Part shown: piece by piece, positions 57,202 through 64,000 of the stretch
How the letters are laid out: every line of letters begins with the position of its first letter
How positions within the stretch are numbered: the stretch's first letter is position 1
Origin: an uncultured Pseudomonadota bacterium
GTDB taxonomy: Bacteria; Pseudomonadota; Gammaproteobacteria; Steroidobacterales; Steroidobacteraceae
DNA length: 64,000 nt
Reading direction: 5' to 3'
NCBI GenBank assembly: GCA_903879335.1
Contig: CAIRLC010000022.1
Span: 177,737-241,736 of the forward strand
Position numbers and translations under genes: made by a program
The notes under the pieces: model-generated
Database searches by the model: none
Told to the model about the DNA's origin: nothing
What the model saw: the letters and a program-made list of their open reading frames with translations, nothing else

Positions 57202-58530
57202 TCAGCGCCGCGCCAGCCAGTGTGCGATGCGCTCAGGCAACCCAACCGCCCGTGTGCTCACGAACACACCAATGTGGCCGGTCGGCACGGCAATTTCCTC
57301 GTAACGCCTAGAGGCGGTCAGGCCGGCTAAAGCCTGGGAAGACCTCGGGGGCACAATATGGTCCTCCAGCCCATAAATATTGAGGATCGGCATGGTGAGT
57401 TTGCTCAATTCCACTGGCCGGCCGTCCAACAGCAAGCCTCCTCGCATGAAGCGATTGTCCAGGTAAAAGGCACGGGTAAAGTCAACCAACAACTGCCTCG
57501 GCTGGTCAGGACCGTCGTGCACCCAGCGCTCCATACGTCGAAATCGCGCGACCCATGCTGGATCTGCCGCATGATCGAGCAGGTCGACGTATTTACCCAA
57601 GACCAGCCGATAGGGCGCAAGTAATTGAAATATATAACCTAAAACCTCACCCGAAATGATTGTGTCAGACGCTTCCAACAGGCCTACGTCGAGACGCCGC
57701 GCCCACTGCGACAGCAAATCGTCATCCGTCTGGAAGTCGACGGGGGTGACCATGGTGATGAGCCTACGAATACGCCTTGGCTCAAGCGCGGCGTAGAGCA
57801 GCGAGAAGACTCCGCCCTGACAGACGCCCAAGACATCTATAGCCCGACGCCCGCCAACGACCTTCACCACCTGGTGGAGCGTCCCGCAAATCAATTCCGC
57901 CAAGCCGCGCGCCTGTTCGGCAGGACCCGGATCGCCCCAATCAAGCAGGTATACCTCACGCCCACTTTCCACCAATCCACGAATCAGCGATCGCTCAGGC
58001 TCCAAATCTAAAATCGTTGGCCGGTTCACCATCGCATAGACCACAAGCAGTGGCACCCCACGGGTGGAACCGGCCTTGCCATAGCGATATAGCCGAGCGG
58101 CACCGATCTCGGTCACGAGCGTGCGTGCTAATCCCTCGGCCGGAAGCCCAAGCGCCCCCAAGGCGGCCGCTCTCGGACCGAAGCTGCCGAGCAGTTCGGC
58201 TGGGAGTTGCGCCGCCGCTGCCGTCCAATGCCGAGCAAGCGTCGTCACGAGCCCAGCAGCCACCGGTGACCTCGCCCATTGCTGATAAGCCGATTCCGCC
58301 GCCACGAGCCATGGTCCAAGGAGGTCGCGCAAACGGCCGGCCGCTAGCCCCTCAGGCGACGGCGTAAGTCCCTGCGCCGTGGCGATTGCGCTAGCAGCCA
58401 ACAGACGCATGAGATCGTCAGCCAATGGGCCGCTCGCCTGTGCGAGTTCGCCGGTACAGACCCGCTCGACAAAGCGCGCATAGAACACCGCAAAGGCGTC
58501 AGCGCCCGGGAGGTCAGCAAAAGCCGTCAC
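57202..58530 (-). CDS. phaC: class III/IV-type poly(3-hydroxyalkanoate) synthase catalytic subunit PhaC, with extended N-terminus
   Basis: From ...RLYRYGK...PLLVVYAMVNRP... through the lipase-like box GVCQGG to ...TGHIGVFVS... the protein is colinear with Allochromatium-type PhaC. Confidence 0.85.
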   Translation of the reverse strand: MTAFADLPGADAFAVFYARFVERVCTGELAQASGPLADDLMRLLAASAIATAQGLTPSPEGLAAGRLRDLLGPWLVAAESAYQQWARSPVAAGLVTTLARHWTAAAAQLPAELLGSFGPRAAALGALGLPAEGLARTLVTEIGAARLYRYGKAGSTRGVPLLVVYAMVNRPTILDLEPERSLIRGLVESGREVYLLDWGDPGPAEQARGLAELICGTLHQVVKVVGGRRAIDVLGVCQGGVFSLLYAALEPRRIRRLITMVTPVDFQTDDDLLSQWARRLDVGLLEASDTIISGEVLGYIFQLLAPYRLVLGKYVDLLDHAADPAWVARFRRMERWVHDGPDQPRQLLVDFTRAFYLDNRFMRGGLLLDGRPVELSKLTMPILNIYGLEDHIVPPRSSQALAGLTASRRYEEIAVPTGHIGVFVSTRAVGLPERIAHWLARR

Positions 58531-58622
58531 TGAGGCGTCCGCCTTAACGTCACTACGGCAAAGGACTGCTCGACCAAATCACAACTCACTGTTTAATAAA
58601 GGTATAAAAGAGGATTAGGATT

Positions 58623-58665
58623 TTGTTGCAATGCAAAATAAAGTGTTTATACTGCACTGCAACAA
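58623..58665 (+). promoter_or_regulatory. phasin promoter with overlapping inverted repeat (candidate PhaR operator)
   Basis: TTGTTGCAaTGCA (58623-58635) and TGCAcTGCAACAA (58653-58665) form a 13-bp inverted repeat with one mismatch. The repeat brackets a -35 TTGCAA (58626-31), a 16-nt spacer and a -10 TATACT (58648-53). An AGGAG SD lies 8 nt before the 58685 ATG. Confidence 0.45.
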
Positions 58666-58684
58666 GACCGTAGGAGTATCCACG

Positions 58685-59053
58685 ATGACGAACCCCACCG
58701 CTGAAATCAATGCCCTCATCGAGCAGAGCAAGAAGTTTGCCGAGCCGATGACTCGCCTCACGGCTTTCTCGGTTGCATCGTTCGAAAAACTCGCACGTCA
58801 CAGCTACGGCGTCGCCGGCGATGCGTTGGAGTACTCGCTCGCGGCGATGCAGACGTCGGCCGCTTCGCGCGAAGCGCCGGAGGCCTTTAAATCACAGACC
58901 GCACTGGCGCAGCATTTTGTCGAGCGCCAGACGCAGCGCACGCATGAGTTCAGCAAGTTGGCTGAAGAAATCCGCGCCGGCTACACCGCGTGGTTCGAGC
59001 AAGCTTCGACTGATTTCAAGAGCAAGAGCCACAAGGTCGCAGACGCCGCTTAA
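58685..59053 (+). CDS. phasin family protein
   Basis: The 122-aa Ala-rich helical protein lies between phaC and phaR. A strong SD favours the ATG at 58685 over the ORF-track start at 58631. Confidence 0.8.
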   Translation: MTNPTAEINALIEQSKKFAEPMTRLTAFSVASFEKLARHSYGVAGDALEYSLAAMQTSAASREAPEAFKSQTALAQHFVERQTQRTHEFSKLAEEIRAGYTAWFEQASTDFKSKSHKVADAA

Positions 59054-59107
59054 GGCGCAGCACCGGGTCGGTCGATGGGACCGACGGCTAAGCTACAGAC
59101 CCCCTCG

Positions 59108-59141
59108 GGACGGGTTCGCCGCGTGCGACCCGTCCTTTTTT
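59108..59141 (+). terminator. Rho-independent terminator after the phasin gene
   Basis: GGACGGGT (59108-15) pairs with ACCCGTCC (59128-35) and is followed by TTTTTT. Confidence 0.8.
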
Positions 59142-59220
59142 AATGGCGGGGCCGCAACAGCCGGCAAAGGCCAGTTTTGCAGTGCGAGAAAACCGGGCCA
59201 GAACCCGCTAGACTCTAGGG

Positions 59221-59742
59221 ATGAGCCAGCCTGAACGACTGATCAAGAAGTACGCAAACCGGCGACTTTATGATGCCTCACAGTCGCGACATGTCACGTT
59301 GGAGGACATTCGCGAATTCATCGTGCAAGGCGAGAAGGTCCGGGTCGTTGAAGATAAGACGGGTGATGACATCACTCGACTGATTCTGTTGCAGGTCATT
59401 GCTGAACAAGAGCAGTTTGGTAAACCCATCCTGTCGACTCAGGTCTTGGAGTCGATCATCCGCTTCTACGGCAACGGACTGCAGGAATTGATGACCCGCT
59501 ACCTTGAAAACAGCGTCGAGGCGTTTTCGAGTCAACAGGAAAAACTGCAGTCTCAGGTCGCGAAAATCCTGGCCCAGTCGCCCGTCGGCTCACTTGCCGA
59601 AATCGCGAAGCAGAATCTCGACTACTGGACCAAGATGCAGGAGCAAATGCTCTCCGCGTTTGTCCCCAGCAACCGTCGGCCATCGTCCACAGCCGCGCCC
59701 GGCGCGCCGACTGAAAAGACAGCCTCCAAGTCCGCGGAGTGA
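59221..59742 (+). CDS. phaR: polyhydroxyalkanoate synthesis repressor PhaR
   Basis: The protein reads ...IKKYANRRLYDASQSRHVTLEDIREFI...DITRLILLQVIAEQE.... Confidence 0.9.
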   Translation: MSQPERLIKKYANRRLYDASQSRHVTLEDIREFIVQGEKVRVVEDKTGDDITRLILLQVIAEQEQFGKPILSTQVLESIIRFYGNGLQELMTRYLENSVEAFSSQQEKLQSQVAKILAQSPVGSLAEIAKQNLDYWTKMQEQMLSAFVPSNRRPSSTAAPGAPTEKTASKSAE

Positions 59743-59748
59743 CGAACG

Positions 59749-60105
59749 ATGTCGATACCTGCGATCGTTACTTTCTCGGCAGGCGGCCACGCTGAAGCCT
59801 CGCCGATCGATCCATCGCGGATCGTCCATGGGCAGCCGTCGGCTACAGTCGATAATCGTTACTCGTCGTCCGACGGCCGCTTTCACGCCGGTCTATGGAC
59901 GAGCACCCCCGGGCGTTGGCGGGTGCATTACACCGAGCAGGAATACTGCACGCTCGTCAAAGGACGCGTTCGACTCGAAGCCGATGATGGAGCAACCGCA
60001 ACATTCACCGCCGGTGACGCATTTGTGATCCCCGCTGGCTTTGTCGGCACCTGGGAAACCATCGAAGATTGCGTGAAGCACTACGTCATCTACGATCCGG
60101 CCTAA
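59749..60105 (+). CDS. cupin-domain protein (DUF861 / EutQ-like)
   Basis: The sequence ...GLWTSTPGRWRVHYTEQEYCTLVKGRVRLE...GDAFVIPAGFVGTWE... indicates a single cupin barrel. The gene starts 6 nt after phaR. Confidence 0.7.
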   Translation: MSIPAIVTFSAGGHAEASPIDPSRIVHGQPSATVDNRYSSSDGRFHAGLWTSTPGRWRVHYTEQEYCTLVKGRVRLEADDGATATFTAGDAFVIPAGFVGTWETIEDCVKHYVIYDPA

Positions 60106-60156
60106 GACCACCGTCACGACAGGACGGCTGCCATCTTCCGTCGCTATACTCCATAG

Positions 60157-61611
60157 ATGCCCTATCGAGTTCTTTTTATCTCCGCTGAATACGCCCCTCT
60201 CGCCAAAACAGGTGGATTGGGTGACGTCAGCTCGGCCCTGTGCGAATACTTGCACTCGCAGGGCCATGACGTGCGGGTCTTTCTGCCGTGGTACCGCGAC
60301 CTCAACCGCGAGGGGCTCGACGTCAGCCCAGTGCCGGGGTTAGAAGACCTCTTTCTCGACATCGGGCCTCACCGATACGAGTACCGCATTTTAGTCGGGA
60401 CCCCACTGGGCTACCGCCAACCTGTACATTTTATCGACTGCCCGGCGCTCTATGATCGGCCCGGCATTTACGGCCATGCCGATGACCATCGACGCTTTCT
60501 ACTGCTGACGAGAGCGGCGTTTGAAGTCGCGCAGCGGATGGCTTTTGCGCCACATATTCTGCATTGCAACGACTGGCATACCGCCTTTGCGCCGCTTTAC
60601 TTGCGCACCAACTACGCGTGGGACCGCTTGTTCGCCGCCACTCGGTCGGTGCTGACGATCCATAATATTGGCTATCAAGGCGTGTTCTGGTCGATGGAAG
60701 TTGGTGACCTCTCGCTTGGGGATGCGCAGTGGATGCTGCACCAAGATGATCTGCGCGAAGGACGCGTCAATCCCATGTTGCATGGGATCATGTATGCAGA
60801 TCTGGTATCGACGGTCAGTCCGACCTACGCCCGCGAGATTTGCACACCGGAGTATGGGGCAGGACTCGATCCGTTCCTGCGCCGCCGCGGAGCGCAATTG
60901 ATCGGCATCCTCAACGGCGTGGACTACGACGAGTGGGACCCGCGCCACGATCGACATCTGGGCTTCGAGTACTCGGCTGACGATTTATCGGGCAAAGCCT
61001 TGGCGAAACGGACGCTAGCCAGCGAATTCTCGCTCTCAGTCGGACCACGTACGCTCTTATTGGGCATTGCCTCGCGCTTGGTGGCGCAAAAAGGTATCGA
61101 CCTACTCGAAACCGTCTTGCCTGATCTGCTGAGCCAAGCCGATTGTGCGCTGGTTGCCGTCGGTTCAGGCGAACCTCGGTACGAACAGTTTCTGACCCGC
61201 CTCGCGGTAGAGTTTCCGGGCCGAGTTCATTTTACACGCGGCTACAGCGAGAGACTCGCCCACTGGATTGAAGCCGCAGCAGACGCGTTTCTCATGCCGT
61301 CACGCTATGAACCCTGCGGGCTCAACCAGATGTACAGCCTGCGCTATGGAACGGTGCCTATCGTTCGACATACCGGCGGCTTGGCCGATTCAGTGACGCC
61401 GTATTCCAAAACCGACCGCACAGGGGATGGATTCGTTTTCCATGAGTATTCGCCGGGAGCTTTGCGCGCGGCCATTGATCAAGCACTCGCGCTCTACGGC
61501 ACAGCACACTGGGCGCGCATGATTCAAAATGGCATGGCGCAAGACTACTCATGGAAGAATCAAGGCCAACTCTATCTGGACGCCTACCGCGATCTCGTGG
61601 GCTCAGCCTGA
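60157..61611 (+). CDS. glgA: glycogen synthase (ADP-glucose type)
   Basis: The protein begins ...LFISAEYAPLAKTGGLGDV.... The C-terminal region reads ...PSRYEPCGLNQMYSLRYGTVPIVRHTGGLADSV. Confidence 0.93.
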   Translation: MPYRVLFISAEYAPLAKTGGLGDVSSALCEYLHSQGHDVRVFLPWYRDLNREGLDVSPVPGLEDLFLDIGPHRYEYRILVGTPLGYRQPVHFIDCPALYDRPGIYGHADDHRRFLLLTRAAFEVAQRMAFAPHILHCNDWHTAFAPLYLRTNYAWDRLFAATRSVLTIHNIGYQGVFWSMEVGDLSLGDAQWMLHQDDLREGRVNPMLHGIMYADLVSTVSPTYAREICTPEYGAGLDPFLRRRGAQLIGILNGVDYDEWDPRHDRHLGFEYSADDLSGKALAKRTLASEFSLSVGPRTLLLGIASRLVAQKGIDLLETVLPDLLSQADCALVAVGSGEPRYEQFLTRLAVEFPGRVHFTRGYSERLAHWIEAAADAFLMPSRYEPCGLNQMYSLRYGTVPIVRHTGGLADSVTPYSKTDRTGDGFVFHEYSPGALRAAIDQALALYGTAHWARMIQNGMAQDYSWKNQGQLYLDAYRDLVGSA

Positions 61612-61618
61612 GCGTGGG

Positions 61619-62071
61619 CTAAAATTTACCGCGCTCATCGAACGGAAATTCTGAGAAAAACGCGAGCCGCGTTTGGACCTTGCCCGTCACTCGATATTCT
61701 AGTCCACGCCCCCCATCCTTCAAGCGCGGAAGCAACTTGAGCACGATGGGTCCTAGATGGGTTGTGACCGTCATCGAAAAATCAGCATCGCCCCGCCCAG
61801 GCACCACAAATACCGCATCGGTCTGGCCATGCCCGAGCGACTCGCCACCGACCTCAAGGTCGTAATCAATCGAGCGAATCGGCAAATCAGTCGCGTTCGG
61901 GTTATGCGCACGCACCCGGACGCGCACATGCTGTTCGACAAAATTTCCGTCGACCAGATCAACTCCCGCGACGGTCAGGGTGGGCTTCTCGAAGTGAGGC
62001 GCGATGGCGCATCCACTCGCCAACAGCGCGACGAGCGACAGACTCAGCATTGGGGGGTAGAGGCGCTTCAT
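61619..62071 (-). CDS. LEA type 2 (WHy-domain) lipoprotein
   Basis: A lipobox is present (LVALLASGC|AI), followed by an LEA_2-like beta-sandwich pattern (...VRVRAHNPNATDLPIRSIDYDLEVGG...). The ATG at 62071 overlaps the malQ stop as ATGA. Confidence 0.7.
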   Translation of the reverse strand: MKRLYPPMLSLSLVALLASGCAIAPHFEKPTLTVAGVDLVDGNFVEQHVRVRVRAHNPNATDLPIRSIDYDLEVGGESLGHGQTDAVFVVPGRGDADFSMTVTTHLGPIVLKLLPRLKDGGRGLEYRVTGKVQTRLAFFSEFPFDERGKF

Positions 62072-63525
62072 GTGCGACCGTACAACTGATTCCAACGCAA
62101 ACAGCGCGCAGCCAGCCAATGGGGCACCTCATGCCACGAGAACTTCCATAGCCAATTACCGACAACGGTGCCTGGCAGATTCATGCGTGCTTCAGTGCCG
62201 AGTATCAATAAGTCCTGCATGGGAACGATCGCCAACTGCGCGACCGAGCCGAGCACCGCACGCGTTAAGCCGACCACCACCTCGTCCTGAATGGAACCGA
62301 CATAGTCCGCTACAAACTGCCGCGCACCGTCGTCCAGATGATGGAACCACCCTAAGGTCGTGTCGTTGTCGTGCGTGCCGGTATATCCCACGGAGTGCGC
62401 GGTCCAGTTGTGTAAAACATGGACGTTCGTATCGGCGCCATCAAATCCAAATTGAGCGATTCGCATACCCGGCAAGTGGTATCCATCGCGCAGCGCTTCA
62501 ACCGCGGGCGTGATCACGCCGAGATCTTCGGCGACAACCTCCAGTCGGCCAAAAGCCTTACGCGCGGCCGCGAGCAAGGCCTCGCCTGGCGCTTTGCGCC
62601 ACTCGCCCGTAGCAGCCGTAGGAGCGTCCGCCGGAACTGCCCAATAGGCTTCAAGGCCCCTGAAATGATCGATTCGAACCAAGTCGAACAAGGCGAACTG
62701 CGCGCGCAGGCGTTCGATCCACCACTGGTAGCGCGTGCGCTGGTGCTCTTCCCAGCGATAGAGCGGGTTGCCCCAGAGCTGTCCATCAACGGAAAAATAA
62801 TCGGGCGGTACGCCAGCGACGGCGGTTGGGCGGCCGGCATCGTCCAATTGAAATAGCTTGCGATGCGCCCAGACTTCGACGCTATCTGGAGCGAGATAGA
62901 TGGGGACGTCGCCGAATAACAACACGCCACGCTCGGACGCATATTTGCGCAGTTCGCCCCATTGGGCATAGAAGAAATACTGGCAGGCCTCGATGCGCGC
63001 GATGTCAATCGCAAGTTCCTTGCGCGCCTTACGCATGGCTGATGCATTGCGGTCGCGCAGCGGTTCGGGCCACTCCCACCAGGGTCGTCCGGATTCCCGA
63101 GCCTGAATCGCCATAAACAACGAATAGTCCGGCAACCAGTGAGCGGACTCGTCGCGAAACTTCTCATAGGCCTCGTGGCGAGGTCCCGGCTGACTCAATC
63201 GCAGGGCCGCTTCAGCGAGATGTTCTTCGCGGCCGAGTTGTTCCAAGCGGGTAGCGTCGATCAGTCCCTCATGGGCTAAGGTCACCAAGTCCACGAGCCC
63301 GGGATCACCGGCATGATTGGAGCGAGCAAAATACGGCGAGCGATCTGACCCTACAGGGCCCAAGGGCAGAAACTGCCATACGCTAAAACCACCGACGTGT
63401 AACCAGTCGACAAAACTGCGTGCCGCTTGACCCAGCGCACCATGGTCGGCATCAGGCAATGATGTCGGGTGGAGTAAAACTCCTGCACGGCGACGATCAA
63501 ACACCTTCGACTTCACATTCGTCAT
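62068..63525 (-). CDS. malQ: 4-alpha-glucanotransferase (amylomaltase)
   Basis: GH77 blocks are present: ...RAGVLLHPTSLP..., ...VRIDHFRGL..., ...VAEDLGVIT... and ...YTGTHDNDT.... Confidence 0.92.
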   Translation of the reverse strand: MTNVKSKVFDRRRAGVLLHPTSLPDADHGALGQAARSFVDWLHVGGFSVWQFLPLGPVGSDRSPYFARSNHAGDPGLVDLVTLAHEGLIDATRLEQLGREEHLAEAALRLSQPGPRHEAYEKFRDESAHWLPDYSLFMAIQARESGRPWWEWPEPLRDRNASAMRKARKELAIDIARIEACQYFFYAQWGELRKYASERGVLLFGDVPIYLAPDSVEVWAHRKLFQLDDAGRPTAVAGVPPDYFSVDGQLWGNPLYRWEEHQRTRYQWWIERLRAQFALFDLVRIDHFRGLEAYWAVPADAPTAATGEWRKAPGEALLAAARKAFGRLEVVAEDLGVITPAVEALRDGYHLPGMRIAQFGFDGADTNVHVLHNWTAHSVGYTGTHDNDTTLGWFHHLDDGARQFVADYVGSIQDEVVVGLTRAVLGSVAQLAIVPMQDLLILGTEARMNLPGTVVGNWLWKFSWHEVPHWLAARCLRWNQLYGRT

Positions 63526-63614
63526 TCACACTTCCTCAACTCTTCGTACTCGGCGCAGGATCCATCCATCGGGATAACAGCGATATCGCTACCGATAGAG
63601 GCGCCCGTTCGGCT

Positions 63615-64000
63615 TCAGACCAGCGCTTGCAGCATCTGGGCAGTGACCAGCACTACCCCTTTCTCGGTGACCTCAAAACGACTCGCATCGGTGTAGGCGT
63701 CTACTCCGATCTGCATATCATCGGGAACGATACAGCCTTCATCGAGAATCGCGCGCCGGATCACGCAACCGCGACCGATCGAGACCCGCGGCAACAGGAC
63801 AGATTGCTCAACGACCGAGCATTCTTCGACCCGAACATCCGAGAACAGCAGCGATGAGCGAACACTCGCGCCGGAAATGATGCAGCCCGCCGAAACCATC
63901 GAGTTGAGCGCCGAACCGACGCGACCGGTTGACGGGTCATCCAAAATGAACTTAGCCGGAGGACGCTGCAGTTGATACGTCCAGATCGGCCATTCGTCAT
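63615..64000 (-). CDS. glgC: glucose-1-phosphate adenylyltransferase, C-terminal part (5' end outside the window)
   Basis: The frame stays open to the window edge (...DEWPIWTYQLQRPPAKFILDDPSTGR...). The left-handed beta-helix C-terminus reads ...SVVSAGCIISGASVRSSLLFSDVRV.... Confidence 0.9.
   Translation of the reverse strand, partial: DEWPIWTYQLQRPPAKFILDDPSTGRVGSALNSMVSAGCIISGASVRSSLLFSDVRVEECSVVEQSVLLPRVSIGRGCVIRRAILDEGCIVPDDMQIGVDAYTDASRFEVTEKGVVLVTAQMLQALV

Noticed and set aside
63571-63582. A 12-bp perfect palindrome AGCGATATCGCT lies in the glgC-malQ spacer.
   Set aside because: It is a single short palindrome without a loop, U-tract or second copy. That is insufficient to call a terminator or operator.
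1-64000. I searched for tRNA, rRNA, tmRNA, RNase P or SRP RNA, CRISPR arrays, IS elements and integrases.
   Set aside because: No T-loop/acceptor-like signatures, rRNA-like conserved blocks, SRP motif, repeat-spacer arrays or transposase/integrase ORFs were recognised by eye. A covariance-model scan (tRNAscan-SE, Infernal/Rfam) would be needed to be certain.

Overview
This 64 kb window appears to come from a high-GC Gammaproteobacterium. The evidence is E. coli-like synteny (prmA-dusB-fis-purH-purD and rhlB/trxA/rho) together with PHA genes and a DUF1302/DUF1329 cluster. The lineage cannot be fixed from sequence alone. The window is gene-dense and mostly housekeeping: purine synthesis, RNA metabolism, lipid synthesis, envelope proteins, and PHA plus glycogen storage. 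I recognised no rRNA, tRNA, CRISPR array, transposase, integrase or prophage block. Many ORF-track entries are antisense or out-of-frame GC artefacts, and several true genes start downstream of the longest ORF. Those starts were re-derived from conserved N-termini, signal peptides and 4-nt stop/start overlaps.

The best candidates for something undescribed are:
- A stand-alone phage-tail-sheath homologue (33570-35219) with no other contractile-machine gene. It sits at the 3' end of a co-directional envelope array: lemA, two TPM genes, an L,D-transpeptidase, a GT4 glycosyltransferase, a 47-codon ORF, then the sheath.
- The uncharacterised four-gene envelope system DUF1302 / DUF1329 / Ycf48-like propeller / COG1033 RND (19128-26060).
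- A tightly coupled array: M32 carboxypeptidase, ttcA, an atypical ADP-ribosylglycohydrolase, a Ddl-like ATP-grasp, apt and a MOSC protein (50727-56487).
- RGG or Gly/Tyr low-complexity tails on three RNA-metabolism proteins: a possible N-terminal extension of Rho, the RhlB C-terminus with a terminal hydrophobic helix, and an RRM protein.
- Two paralogous exported SAM-methyltransferase-fold proteins.
- A terminator-bounded small ORF or sRNA locus next to greB.

All functional calls rest on motif and family recognition by eye. No database search was run.
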